A stretch of DNA of 46,256 bases from a virus (IMGVR_UViG_2579779052_000002); one strand, 5' to 3'. Positions 27,910-38,005 are shown, counted from the stretch's first letter. Notes: generated by a model not told the origin, from the letters alone. Made by a program: numbers and translations.

Positions 27910-29790
27910 TTATGATGATGCTGGTGCATTTATCTCCAGCACCAGACTTTCTATCTCAACGCCATACGCTGCATTTTTGGTAATATCCGTCAGCGTCAGC
28001 GCATTCAGCCCCAGTGTCAGACTGTCTTTTATGACCTGGAATGCCGGGCCAGCCACTCCATTCAGTTTCGGAGTAACCGTGGCACTGCCGGCGGTGAACA
28101 CCAGCTCCAGCGTCTGCCAGTCGTTACTGTAATTCCCGAACTCGCCCAACTTTGTGTTTCCTGCTTTCTTGTGATGCATCAGATTCAGTTTGCCGTCTGT
28201 GGTCTGGGTGAAGAACGACATCAGGAACGGGTTACCAGTCCCGGTCATCGCCACGACGTCAGGTAACGCTACATCGGTATACAGATAAATTCCCAGACCG
28301 AACTGATTGTTGGTCAGTGCGCCTGACAGGCGGAACTTACAGGTCAGTCTGCCGCCCTGTGTCAGCAGGGTAATTGCGTCATCCACCGGATGCATCAGGG
28401 ACCAGGTTTTATTGCTCTGCTTGGTGATCTTAAATACACCATCTGACAACTGAATTCCGCCGTCCTTAATGGTCCAGCCCTGCGCAGCAGCATCTCCGGC
28501 TGTCGGCATCAGGGAGATTGTGCGTATGGATGCATCTTCAGACGGCCCCGATGGCGTGTTGCCGCCGGGCGAGGGTTTGATTTCCGGTGCCTTACCACTG
28601 ATGAAGGCTGAGGTGCGCCCGGCTGCGTTCAGAATAGCGGTTGCCAGACGATCCGGAATAATGCTCCTGCGCGCCCATGAACTGAAATGTGTCGGGCGGT
28701 TTGATGATACCTGGTTTCCATTCGTTCTCGATGCCGCACCGTAATATCCTGATGCCGGAATATCCGGATCTTCTGCCGGCGCGTTAGTGGCGGTATTGAC
28801 GCCGTTACCGTCTGTCATGAAGGGCACAAAATAAACGCCCTCACTCTCCCTGTTTTTATCCCCGCCGTACACGGTGTCGTACTGGGTAGCGTATGTATTT
28901 TTCCAGTAATACGTCGTGTCACCACAAATCCACGGCACATCTGCAGCACTGCCTCCATGACACTGCGTGTTAAACTCGGTAATGTCCGCACGAAACTGTT
29001 TCAGCATGGCCGCAAACAGCGGAGGTTGCTGTGAGTACGTAGCGGCGCTCATGTCAAATTCGCCCTGCATCCAGCATACGGCCAGCAGCATGTTTTTTGG
29101 GTTTTTCTGCAATGCGGCCTTCGTGCGCAAAATCAGGTCCTGATATAAAGGTTTACCCACACCCCAGCGAGCCGAATCCTGACTGGCTCCTGTGGACTCG
29201 CTGAATGTCCCCTCCGCGCCCTGGGTGAATGCCGAACCACCACGACAGCATGGAACCAGTAAAATCCCGGCATTCTGTGGAATGTAAGGCAACAGGCGTT
29301 TGGCAATATGCAAGCCCTGTCCGACACAGCCATACTGCCCTTTGCTCAGGTCTGCATTCGGGTGATTCAGTGCGCTCATATCCTGAACATCATGCAGGCA
29401 GTGATCTGCCGGAATGATGTCGTTAAATGCGCATGCTTTACCACCGGGAGTCACTGTGTTGCGACGGGCCAGTTGCTTAATGCGTGGGTGGGGCGCATCG
29501 TAAGAATCCGGCAGCGGCATTCCCTCACCATATGACATGGCATTGGATTGACCAGCAAGTACCACCACGTAATACCACTCCGGCACGCTGCCGTGCTGGG
29601 GGGAATCAGGTGAGATGTCTGTAGTGCCATCGGCCACCATTGCCTGCATTAGATACCACGGGGTGCCGGGTTCGTAGGCAACCCGCGTCTCCCCCTGAAG
29701 ATGCCACCCTTTCGCAAGATGTTCATTCACCTTTTGAGTCAGTTCAGCCTGTGTCATGGCTGTAATCAGTGCAAAGTTCTTACTGGTCAT
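27910..29790 (-). CDS. nanS-p: prophage-encoded sialate O-acetylesterase (NanS-p type; DUF1737 N-terminus + SGNH/SASA esterase + C-terminal lectin-like domain)
   Basis: 626 aa; VVLAGQSNAMSYG esterase motif; architecture and placement just upstream of the lysis cassette as in EHEC lambdoid prophages. Confidence 0.8.
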   Translation of the reverse strand: MTSKNFALITAMTQAELTQKVNEHLAKGWHLQGETRVAYEPGTPWYLMQAMVADGTTDISPDSPQHGSVPEWYYVVVLAGQSNAMSYGEGMPLPDSYDAPHPRIKQLARRNTVTPGGKACAFNDIIPADHCLHDVQDMSALNHPNADLSKGQYGCVGQGLHIAKRLLPYIPQNAGILLVPCCRGGSAFTQGAEGTFSESTGASQDSARWGVGKPLYQDLILRTKAALQKNPKNMLLAVCWMQGEFDMSAATYSQQPPLFAAMLKQFRADITEFNTQCHGGSAADVPWICGDTTYYWKNTYATQYDTVYGGDKNRESEGVYFVPFMTDGNGVNTATNAPAEDPDIPASGYYGAASRTNGNQVSSNRPTHFSSWARRSIIPDRLATAILNAAGRTSAFISGKAPEIKPSPGGNTPSGPSEDASIRTISLMPTAGDAAAQGWTIKDGGIQLSDGVFKITKQSNKTWSLMHPVDDAITLLTQGGRLTCKFRLSGALTNNQFGLGIYLYTDVALPDVVAMTGTGNPFLMSFFTQTTDGKLNLMHHKKAGNTKLGEFGNYSNDWQTLELVFTAGSATVTPKLNGVAGPAFQVIKDSLTLGLNALTLTDITKNAAYGVEIESLVLEINAPASS

Positions 29791-30098
29791 TGTGTTACTC
29801 CCGTCTGGTGTGTCAGTTCGGCTATTCTCTTATCCAGTTCAGCAATGGCCCGTTTATCCGCGTTACAGGTTTCCAGTGCATCCAGAAGGCGGTCGCCCCA
29901 TATTCCGAGGTTTCCCCATGTGGGTTGGTCAGGGAAGGGGGGAGGCGTTACCGGCATGGTCAGCGTCTGCGGTATAAGCCGGACTGACGGCGCTGGCCGT
30001 GGCGCGTTCTGCGTGCCTGCGCAACCTGTCAGTAAAACGAGCGTCAGGCAAAGCGTGGGCGCATTCATCTTTTGCAATATCGTTGCGTAGCTGTTCAC
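29787..30098 (-). CDS. lysC: o-spanin lipoprotein (P2 LysC-like), overlapping i-spanin
   Basis: Signal peptide plus lipobox (LTGC); starts inside the i-spanin gene in another frame and extends past it; stop overlaps nanS-p start. Confidence 0.65.
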   Translation of the reverse strand: MNSYATILQKMNAPTLCLTLVLLTGCAGTQNAPRPAPSVRLIPQTLTMPVTPPPFPDQPTWGNLGIWGDRLLDALETCNADKRAIAELDKRIAELTHQTGVTQ

Positions 30099-30336
30099 GT
30101 CTTACCTCTCCGTCCTGATTGCGTTGCTGATTGTCCGCGCGGAGTTGAGCCAGCACCTGCTGCATATCCTGTACCCCGGCGCTGATGATATTCAGTGTGT
30201 CGACGGTACTTTTCAGGGTGCTGGCCTGCGCTTCGTTTCTGGCGTTCTCCCGGCCCAGCGACCACGACAGACGCATGGATGTTCCCCATGCGGCAATCAG
30301 AAGGAAAGCGACGCCAAGCGTGGGCCAGAGCTTCAT
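29929..30336 (-). CDS. lysB: i-spanin (P2 LysB-like)
   Basis: Start chosen at ATG 30336 (MKLWPTLGVAFLLIAAWG..., N-terminal TM then coiled coil); ATGA-coupled to the endolysin gene. Confidence 0.65.
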   Translation of the reverse strand: MKLWPTLGVAFLLIAAWGTSMRLSWSLGRENARNEAQASTLKSTVDTLNIISAGVQDMQQVLAQLRADNQQRNQDGEVRREQLRNDIAKDECAHALPDARFTDRLRRHAERATASAVSPAYTADADHAGNASPLP

Positions 30337-30725
30337 GCCGGATAGGCTCCGTGTGGTAACTGAAAATGCGGTCCGTCTTTCAGGGTCTTCCAGTCGCCGC
30401 CCCATTCCACCGGAATATTCAGTTCCCGGCTGGCCTGTCTGAATGCTGCTGCGATTTTTTCGTACAGCGGCCATTCCCATGACACCTGGCTGCCAACATA
30501 AGCCACAACATCCACGGCATGCCCTGTGAGATGGCGACTGTTCATGGTCTGGCTCTTGCCTGTGGTCACGAGCTGCTTCTGACGATAACGACTGCGCAAT
30601 CCTTCGGTGATACCAAAATCCACTTCCGAGATTTCCAGCGCCCGTCGGGTCACTTTCACCAGATCAGGATTTACACCCTGCAAATTCTTTTCGCTTCGGC
30701 TGCTGAATTTAAATGTGTTGCTCAT
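30333..30725 (-). CDS. endolysin, L-alanyl-D-glutamate peptidase (M15 family)
   Basis: 130 aa with HLTGHAVDV zinc-binding-type motif; sits between holin and spanins. Confidence 0.7.
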   Translation of the reverse strand: MSNTFKFSSRSEKNLQGVNPDLVKVTRRALEISEVDFGITEGLRSRYRQKQLVTTGKSQTMNSRHLTGHAVDVVAYVGSQVSWEWPLYEKIAAAFRQASRELNIPVEWGGDWKTLKDGPHFQLPHGAYPA

Positions 30726-31045
30726 TCGTTCCTCTCCTTCACCCTGCGATCAAATATTGCAATAACCTTGTCGCGTGCTTTCTCTGCGCCCATAAAACCG
30801 ATTGAGGCACCAAAAAACGTCACTGCATCCTCAGGGATCCCGAAGAAGCGCAGCGACCCGGCCACGGCCATGGCAAGAACGCCGCACGCCAGCGATCCCG
30901 TTACGGTCTGAACCAGTGTTCGTCCGTCATAAAGACTCATCAGCGCGGAAATGCTGACAGCCGCGCCTACTGCATACACCGTTGGCAGGTGGTCAAAGAG
31001 CCACGCAATAACCTGCTCTGTGATCCCTGTTTGAATGGTGCTCAC
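30722..31045 (-). CDS. holin (P2 Y-like position)
   Basis: GTG start with GGGGGGAG RBS directly after X stop; 107 aa with hydrophobic segments. Confidence 0.6.
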   Translation of the reverse strand: MSTIQTGITEQVIAWLFDHLPTVYAVGAAVSISALMSLYDGRTLVQTVTGSLACGVLAMAVAGSLRFFGIPEDAVTFFGASIGFMGAEKARDKVIAIFDRRVKERNE

Positions 31046-31047
31046 TG

Positions 31048-31248
31048 CTACTCCCCCCACAACTGAATCATTTCTCGTTTCTTCTTCTCCGGCTCCGGCA
31101 TCTCCACTTCCTGCCCGGCGTCCAGAAATACCTGCTGACAGAGTCCGGGGTTGGCATCCAGCACCTTTTCGGTGACGCCCCGTGTCGTGCCGTAGTACCG
31201 GAAACAGAGCGAATCCACGGTGTCGCCTTCCAGTGCCTTCACTTTCAT
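31048..31248 (-). CDS. X: tail protein X (P2 gpX-like)
   Basis: MKVKALEGDTVDSLCFRYYGTTRGVTEKVLDANPGL... matches P2 gpX (MKTFALQGDTLDAICVRYYGRTEGVVETVLAANPGL...) as recalled. Confidence 0.8.
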   Translation of the reverse strand: MKVKALEGDTVDSLCFRYYGTTRGVTEKVLDANPGLCQQVFLDAGQEVEMPEPEKKKREMIQLWGE

Positions 31249-31742
31249 CAGCACAGCTCCGCAAACATTCGCGGTCGTCCCAGAATGTCAGAGATGGCCC
31301 AGCTCACATCGCGCCACAAATCCGATGTCTGTATATCCAGTGCGTCCGCCCGGCGGTCGCCCTTGTCCGTTGTGTCCGCATCGCGGTAACGCTCCAGAAT
31401 CAGGGCGCGTGTGGCGGTATAAACAGCATTGCGCCAGTGCCAGAGATTGACGCTTTCTCCGTTAATTACAGGGGCCGGAACATCGGCCAGCGTCTGATAG
31501 CCAGCCGCCTGTTGTTCCTGCTGCCATGCTTCCAGCTCGCGGGTAACGTGTGCTATGGCCCCGGTGGCGGTATGCAGCAGGCGGGAGGTGGTCACGCGGC
31601 CCGGCAGTCGTACCGCCAGACGCAGCTCACGCAGCACAATATCCGGCCAGAATGCACCCGCTGAAATGCGAGTGTCGCCATCATCGGTATCGGTGATGTC
31701 GTCCTCTGCGGGGCCGGGGTTAGTTCTGGCAACCATACTCAT
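31248..31742 (-). CDS. L: head completion / stabilisation protein (P2 gpL-like)
   Basis: Start chosen at ATG 31742 with AGGAG RBS; similarity to P2 gpL as recalled (EQFWPDV.../AVSEILG). Confidence 0.8.
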   Translation of the reverse strand: MSMVARTNPGPAEDDITDTDDGDTRISAGAFWPDIVLRELRLAVRLPGRVTTSRLLHTATGAIAHVTRELEAWQQEQQAAGYQTLADVPAPVINGESVNLWHWRNAVYTATRALILERYRDADTTDKGDRRADALDIQTSDLWRDVSWAISDILGRPRMFAELC

Positions 31743-31843
31743 GGGGTTCACTCCTGAAAAAATCGGGCGGTGGGTGCGCGGTGTAAACGGTCACGGAGTC
31801 AAACCGGAACACCGCGCACGCCGCCCGCTGACGGGGTCAGTCG

Positions 31844-32644
31844 TTAACCGCGCTTTGCCTTCTGCGTCGCGGTGGTTTTTCGTGTTGCAGGCTTCCGCGT
31901 TGTCTTTTTATTTTTGCTGCTTTCGTCCTGCGCCTGCTGTGCGCTGGCGTCTTCTGGTTCGGCTGCGGAATCGGCTTTTTTCAGGGCGCGGGAAAGGGTT
32001 GCAATCTCGCGTTTCACACCTGCGTTCGGGTTCAGGTGCATCGCTTCGCGCAGCAGCTTCAGTGAAGAGGCCATGTTGTCTGCATCGGTCAGGCCACGAC
32101 GGGCAAAGGCACACGCCTTGCATAATTTGGCGCGCACTTCGTCCGGAATGTCCTGGTTGGCGACAATTTCCCAAAGTGTGTCCAGTGGTTCGATAAAGGC
32201 GGATAAATCCGCGTCGGCATCCGTCCCAGCCTGCGTCAGTACCGGGTTGCAGATTTCTTCGGTCAGTACCGTGGCAGCAGTACGGCCAAAGTTATCCGGC
32301 ATGATGAGGTTGTGACGGACCACATATGCACCAATACGCAGCGCCAGCGGAAGATCGCCGCAGTCAATCGCCCACACCATCAGCGTGGCAATTACTTCGT
32401 CCTGTTGCCCGCCGTCAGCCTCCAGCGTTCCCTCAATCCAGCCGGAAAAGTCCGGCAACAACTCTTTTTTGATGGCGGCTTTCGCGCTTCTGGCCTGTAT
32501 GGCCTTTAGCCTGGCCTGTGCCAGACGCAGACGATACAGCACTTCTTCATGCGCGGTACACGCGGCGTGGTCCACACCTTCATTCGCCCGGCCTGCGCGC
32601 TGTGCCATCACGTTCTGCCAGTGTTGTTGTGCAGGAGTAATCAT
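31844..32644 (-). CDS. M: terminase endonuclease (small) subunit, P2 gpM-like
   Basis: 266 aa with GGAGAG RBS; position between N and L; basic C-terminal tail. Confidence 0.8.
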   Translation of the reverse strand: MITPAQQHWQNVMAQRAGRANEGVDHAACTAHEEVLYRLRLAQARLKAIQARSAKAAIKKELLPDFSGWIEGTLEADGGQQDEVIATLMVWAIDCGDLPLALRIGAYVVRHNLIMPDNFGRTAATVLTEEICNPVLTQAGTDADADLSAFIEPLDTLWEIVANQDIPDEVRAKLCKACAFARRGLTDADNMASSLKLLREAMHLNPNAGVKREIATLSRALKKADSAAEPEDASAQQAQDESSKNKKTTRKPATRKTTATQKAKRG

Positions 32645-32689
32645 TTTTTCTCTCCGTTACAGGCGGGCATGATGCCCGCCGTGAGTTGA

Positions 32690-33742
32690 TTAGCTGTCGG
32701 CGAACTTCAGGCCAGTGACCATCGCGCACTTGCCATAGTCTTCAACGACATAAGCGTCATTGATGGACTGGTAGGTGGCGATGCGGTTGTATTCCGGCTC
32801 GTCTTTCATCAGACGACGCATTGAACCTTTCTGCCAGTAAATCGACAGGTTGTTGAACGAGGTGATAAGCATCGTTGCATCCGGGAAGAACGGCGCAAGG
32901 AACACGCCCAGCCCGCCAATGGTGCGCGATGACAGGATGAGCTGCCCGGCAAGTAATTCCGCATTGGGATTCTGGCCGCTGATGCTGTTCAGCACGGGCA
33001 GACGCAGCGAGTTAAACAGGTTGCGCCCCATAATCACCACGAGGTCGTCAGCTTCCTTGTGCCATTCATCCAGCAGGGATGAGCGCGCATCCTGTACCAG
33101 AGCATCGGCATTCGCATACTTACCCGCGTGCGCCACAGTGTTGTCCATGTTGCGGGAGGTCAGCGTCACGTCATTCATTACGCGCTCGCTGGCATCGGTT
33201 CTGATGTGCTCCAGCCAGCCCACGTTAACGTCCTGAAGCAGCTTGTTGGTGTGAAAATCAGACTCGTAGGCGTGGGATGTGCCGTTAAAGCCAATCATGA
33301 TGCGATCAAGCGCTACCTGCCGGGCGATCTGTGTACTGATACGGGACTGAAAATCGCTGTGGGCCGCCCAGGTATCAAGCTGTGGGTACGAAATAAAGGT
33401 ATCGTAGTTCACCTGTTCGCACTGGTACTGACGAGACTTCATATCGATCACGTTATTCGGGTTACGGCGTTTGATGCCGTCATAACTGCTATTCGTGCGC
33501 GCAATTGGCCCGGTGGTGTCCAGGAGGATTTTTTCGCCTTTCTGGTCGGTCACGCCGATCACGTTAATTCTTTTCGTAAATTCGGTACTTTCCTTTGAGG
33601 CGTTTTCAAAACGCTGCTGCACCGCGGGTTCCACGGTAAATCGCGATACCAGTGCAGATACCGGGATATTGTTAAGCGACGCCTGCTGCGCCATATAGCA
33701 CCCCAGCTTGTTGCGGGTAATATCTGACATCACCAGATTCAT
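32690..33742 (-). CDS. N: major capsid protein, P2 gpN-like
   Basis: 350 aa; KFTVEP, INVIGVTDQKGEK, DLVVIMGRNLF segments align with P2 gpN as recalled; start could instead be ATG 33730. Confidence 0.85.
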   Translation of the reverse strand: MNLVMSDITRNKLGCYMAQQASLNNIPVSALVSRFTVEPAVQQRFENASKESTEFTKRINVIGVTDQKGEKILLDTTGPIARTNSSYDGIKRRNPNNVIDMKSRQYQCEQVNYDTFISYPQLDTWAAHSDFQSRISTQIARQVALDRIMIGFNGTSHAYESDFHTNKLLQDVNVGWLEHIRTDASERVMNDVTLTSRNMDNTVAHAGKYANADALVQDARSSLLDEWHKEADDLVVIMGRNLFNSLRLPVLNSISGQNPNAELLAGQLILSSRTIGGLGVFLAPFFPDATMLITSFNNLSIYWQKGSMRRLMKDEPEYNRIATYQSINDAYVVEDYGKCAMVTGLKFADS

Positions 33743-33765
33743 AAAAAATTTGCTCCTTTGTCTTA

Positions 33766-34602
33766 TCAGAAGTCAGCCAGCTGGTCGGAGGCTGCGCCCG
33801 TTGCGGTGAAGCGGTTCTGCGGATCGCCGTCCTGCGTGCGCAGTTTTTCCTTCAGTGCTGTCAGCTCTGTGGTCAGTGACGTGATTTTCTGGCGGTCCTG
33901 CTGATGGCGGGTTTCCAGCACATTAAAACGGTCGATAATGTCGGCCTGTGATGTTGCAACGCCTTCCACCGCTTCCTGAATACGGGAGAAACTGGCGTCA
34001 TCCGCTTTGCGGCCACGACCAATAATCCCCATTACGCGGTTAAACCACTGGGTGCCTTCTTCCTGGCGTTGTTCTGCCATTTCGATGATTTCAGACTCGA
34101 TGGCTTCGGAGATAAGCGGTGCTTCACCCTGGATACTGTTGAACGTCATCACCGCCTGACGCTGCTGTGCCGTGAATTTCAGGCGCTCAGTGCCCAGGCT
34201 TGCCGGGGTGTCGGTCATCGCCAGCCCGACCAGATAGGCACGCCCGTTAACGGAGAACTGCGGGTGCAGTTCGATACTGGAATAGATTTTCTTGCCGTCA
34301 GCGACAAGCTGCTTCATGCGCTCGGTCGGTTCGATTTCTGCATACAGCGCAGTACGTCCGGCCAGCGGGCCTTCCGTAATATCTTCCGTACTCAGCGCGG
34401 TGACATCGCCCATTGCGGAAAATTCGCTTGACGGGCATGGCGAGAGATAGTGCTCAACGTTCACGCGGGCAGCGTAAACATCCGGGTTGAAGTTCTCGGC
34501 GGCTTCACGCAGATGCACCGGACTGATTTCACGGCCATCAACAGTTGATCCGGAGACAGCCACGCGAAACTTTTTGCGGGATGTCTTTTTTTCATTAGCC
34601 AT
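33766..34602 (-). CDS. O: capsid scaffolding protein, P2 gpO-like
   Basis: Start chosen at ATG 34602 (MANEKKTSRKKFRVAVSGSTVDGREIS...), aligning with P2 gpO N-terminus as recalled. Confidence 0.85.
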   Translation of the reverse strand: MANEKKTSRKKFRVAVSGSTVDGREISPVHLREAAENFNPDVYAARVNVEHYLSPCPSSEFSAMGDVTALSTEDITEGPLAGRTALYAEIEPTERMKQLVADGKKIYSSIELHPQFSVNGRAYLVGLAMTDTPASLGTERLKFTAQQRQAVMTFNSIQGEAPLISEAIESEIIEMAEQRQEEGTQWFNRVMGIIGRGRKADDASFSRIQEAVEGVATSQADIIDRFNVLETRHQQDRQKITSLTTELTALKEKLRTQDGDPQNRFTATGAASDQLADF

Positions 34603-34756
34603 AGTTTTTGCCCCTCTGACTGGTTCTTCAGTCATGATGGCAAAGCGTAACAGGCTGATACAAAGGGATTTTGTTGTAAGAAAACGGCCAGAACAGGGGG
34701 TTAAGGAGAACAGTTTCGCGCGCGGGTAATCTTCCTGTAATTACTCAGGGGGAGCA

Positions 34757-36508
34757 ATGATTCAGGACGCTTTTGTGCGCCAGCGTGCGCGGCAACTTTA
34801 CTGGCAGGGTTATCCGCCCGCAGAAATATCACGTCTGATGGGAATAAACCCGAACACGATTTATGCGTGGAAAAAACGCGACCAGTGGGATGAAACGCCA
34901 CCCGTGCAGCGTGTCACGCAGTCCATCGATGCGCGCCTCATCCAGCTTACTGAAAAACAGAATAAAACAGGCGGTGACTTTAAGGAAATAGACCTGCTGA
35001 CCCGGCAGCTTAAAAAACTGCATGATGGCCAGCCGGATGCGACGGTCACAGGAAAGAAAGGCCGGGCGAAAAAACTCAAAAATCATTTCACGCCGGAACA
35101 GATTGCCGCACTGCGGGAAAAAATCATCAGCAGGCTGGAGTGGCATCAGCGGGGCTGGTTTGACTCCCTGACCCTTTGCAGGGAAGCCGGGATACGTAAC
35201 AGGATGATCCTGAAATCCCGACAGATTGGGGCGACCTGGTATTTTGCACAGGAAGCTCTGCTGATGGCGCTGCGTGACGATGTGGCGCAACCTTACCAGC
35301 GTAACCAGATTTTTTTGTCTGCGTCGCGTCGTCAGGCGTTCCAGTTTAAAAGCATTATTCAGAAGGCCGCGGCTGAAGTTGATGTGGAGCTGAAAGGGGG
35401 CGATAAAATCATCCTCTCCAACGGCGCAGAGCTGCATTTTCTCGGCACTTCTGCTGCGTCGGCACAGTCCTATACGGGCAATTTTTATTTTGATGAATTT
35501 TTCTGGGTCAGTCGCTTTGCTGAACTGCGCAAGGTGGCTGGCGCTATGGCAACCCTCAGCGGACTGCGGCGCACCTACTTCTCCACGCCATCCACCGAAA
35601 CGCACGAGGCATACGCCTACTGGAACGGCGACCGCTGGAACGAGAAAAAGGCCACGCATAAACGCCAGCGTTTTTCTGTGGACTGGAAAACTCTGCATAA
35701 CGGGCTTATCTGCCCTGACCGGACGTGGCGGCAAATTGTCACGCTGGAAGATGTGGTCAATCACGGCTGGAAACACACCGATATCGACGAAATTCGTGAT
35801 GAAAACACCGAAGACGAGTTCCTCAATCTCTATATGTGTGAGTTTGTCCGCGAAGGGGAATCGGCATTTAACCTGAATATCCTGATTGGCTGCGGTGTTG
35901 ACGGATACGACGACTGGAAAGACTGGAAACCTTTTGCTCCCCGCCCGATGGGGAATCGTCCGGTATGGATTGGGTATGACGCAAACGGCAGTAGTGGCAA
36001 CGGCGACAGCGGCGCTGTGTCCGTGGTGGTTCCTCCGGCTGTTCTTGGTGGCCGTTTTCGAACGGTGGAGACGCGACGCGTTCAGGGGCTGGAGTTTGAA
36101 GAACAGGCCAGAGTCATTGAAGAGTTCACGTATCGCTACAACGTGGAACACATCGGCATTGATGTGACGGGCGGGAACGGGGAGGCTGTTTATCAGATAG
36201 TGAAACGGTTTTTCCCTGCTGCTATTCCGTACACCTTCACGCTGTCATCAAAACGGTCGCTGGTACTGAAAATGCTGCAAATAATGCGTGCCGGGCGGTG
36301 GGAATACGATCGCGCCGAACGCGAGCTGGTCGCGGCCTTTAACGCCGTGCGTAAGGTGAAAACACCGGGCGGCTTTATCACTTACGAAACGGACCGCGCG
36401 AGGGGGATCAGCCACGGCGACCTTGCGTGGGCAACCATGCTTGCTGTCATTAACGAACCGATTGGCGGCGAAGGAGAAAACGAGCGTTTCACGGTTATGG
36501 AGTTCTGA
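34757..36508 (+). CDS. P: terminase ATPase (large) subunit, P2 gpP-like
   Basis: 583 aa with GGGGGAG RBS; divergent from O as in P2; ATPase-like region around KSRQIGATWYFA. Confidence 0.9.
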   Translation: MIQDAFVRQRARQLYWQGYPPAEISRLMGINPNTIYAWKKRDQWDETPPVQRVTQSIDARLIQLTEKQNKTGGDFKEIDLLTRQLKKLHDGQPDATVTGKKGRAKKLKNHFTPEQIAALREKIISRLEWHQRGWFDSLTLCREAGIRNRMILKSRQIGATWYFAQEALLMALRDDVAQPYQRNQIFLSASRRQAFQFKSIIQKAAAEVDVELKGGDKIILSNGAELHFLGTSAASAQSYTGNFYFDEFFWVSRFAELRKVAGAMATLSGLRRTYFSTPSTETHEAYAYWNGDRWNEKKATHKRQRFSVDWKTLHNGLICPDRTWRQIVTLEDVVNHGWKHTDIDEIRDENTEDEFLNLYMCEFVREGESAFNLNILIGCGVDGYDDWKDWKPFAPRPMGNRPVWIGYDANGSSGNGDSGAVSVVVPPAVLGGRFRTVETRRVQGLEFEEQARVIEEFTYRYNVEHIGIDVTGGNGEAVYQIVKRFFPAAIPYTFTLSSKRSLVLKMLQIMRAGRWEYDRAERELVAAFNAVRKVKTPGGFITYETDRARGISHGDLAWATMLAVINEPIGGEGENERFTVMEF

Positions 36509-37554
36509 TGAGCAGAAAAAATAAAAAAGTGCGCATGAGTTCACGCATTGATCTCGCTGATGCGCTCAGGAAAGAATCATCGCTCAGTGCATTCACATTT
36601 GATGGTCCTTATCGCCTGACCGGGCATGACCTGCTGGACAATATGTACTGTGCTGATAACGGACGGTGGTATGAAACCCCGGTGGACTGGTACGGTCTGG
36701 CAAGAGCAGCCCGGCAAACGTCCTGGCATCAGTCTGCGCTTTACTTTAAGCGCAATGTATTACTCGGTTGCTACATCCCGCACCCGCTGCTTTCCCGGCA
36801 GGATTTCTCGGCGCTGGCGCTGGACTGGTTTGTGTTCGGTAACGCATTCCTTGAGCTTAGAAGCAATATGCTCGGCGAACCGCTTAAATTACGGCACGCC
36901 CTGGCGAAATACATGCGACGCGGAAGCGATCTTGAATCATGGTGGTATGTGCAGGATGGCAAGGACGCGTTCCAGTTTCGCCCTGGCAAAGTGTGCCACC
37001 TGATGAATCCGGATATTAACCAGGAAATCTACGGCATGCCGGAATATCTTGGCGCATTACTCTCGGCCAGCCTTTCTCATTCGGCGGACATGTTCAGAAA
37101 ACTGTACTACGACAACGGATCCCACGCCGGGTGCATCATCTACATCGGTGCAGCGCAGGTAAACCGCGAAAGCATGGACTCCCTGAAAGAAACGTTACAG
37201 GGCGCGCGTGGTGGTGGTGCGTTTAAAAACGTACTCATCCATGCGCCCAACGGGGGCAAAGAAGGTGTGCAAATTTTGCCGTTCCAGCAGATCACTGCAA
37301 AGGATGAGTTCATGAATGTTAAGGCGGCATCCCGTGATGATGTGCTGGCTGCGCACCGCGTTCCGCCGCAACTGATGGGGGCGATGCCGGGCGAAAAAAG
37401 TGCGTTTGGTGATGTGGAGAAGGCCGCGCGGGTTTACGCAATTAACGAGCTGATGCCCGTCATGGAGGCCATGAAGCACATCAATGACTGGCTTGGCGAA
37501 GAGGTGATCCGCTTTAACCCTTACGCACTGCTAGATACCCAGCCCACATCCTGA
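36508..37554 (+). CDS. Q: portal protein, P2 gpQ-like
   Basis: 348 aa, start overlaps P stop (TGATG); P-Q order as in P2. Confidence 0.9.
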   Translation: MSRKNKKVRMSSRIDLADALRKESSLSAFTFDGPYRLTGHDLLDNMYCADNGRWYETPVDWYGLARAARQTSWHQSALYFKRNVLLGCYIPHPLLSRQDFSALALDWFVFGNAFLELRSNMLGEPLKLRHALAKYMRRGSDLESWWYVQDGKDAFQFRPGKVCHLMNPDINQEIYGMPEYLGALLSASLSHSADMFRKLYYDNGSHAGCIIYIGAAQVNRESMDSLKETLQGARGGGAFKNVLIHAPNGGKEGVQILPFQQITAKDEFMNVKAASRDDVLAAHRVPPQLMGAMPGEKSAFGDVEKAARVYAINELMPVMEAMKHINDWLGEEVIRFNPYALLDTQPTS

Positions 37555-38005
37555 CGCGCTTCGCTTGTCTGCTGCTTCGCCGGGGCATAAAAAATTTATG
37601 CCCCGACTCTCCAGCTCCTGTATCAATCAGATAATTTCACGACGCTTTTCTGCTTATTGTCATCATCGGCGGTCAGACTCTTACGCAATCCCACCGCGTT
37701 GACTGCATGTTCTCGCCGCCTCAGTGCGATTTTGACGGCCTTATCTGCCACCCATCAAATCAAAAGCCCTCACGTCTTTTTCACGCTCAGCGTGAGAAAT
37801 ACAGCCATTCTGTTGTGTCGCTGCGACATCGTTCAGGGGATGCTATTTACCCCCTGAAACGCGGGCTGTTCCCCCGTCACCTGCGCGCAGAAAAAACGCG
37901 TTTTTTTGTGCACGTACGGATCCTTGACGGATCCAGCCACCACGCGGGCCGGAAGTACAAAAAGTCGTTCAAAAAAATTGTGCAAACTTGTGCACTATCG
38001 TGCAA

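Noticed and set aside
29791-30000. Shiga toxin or Q antiterminator genes upstream of nanS-p
   Set aside because: Not present; the sequence upstream of nanS-p encodes P2-like spanins and endolysin.
34829-36151. 440-aa minus-strand ORF
   Set aside because: Antisense to the P2-like terminase ATPase gene P.
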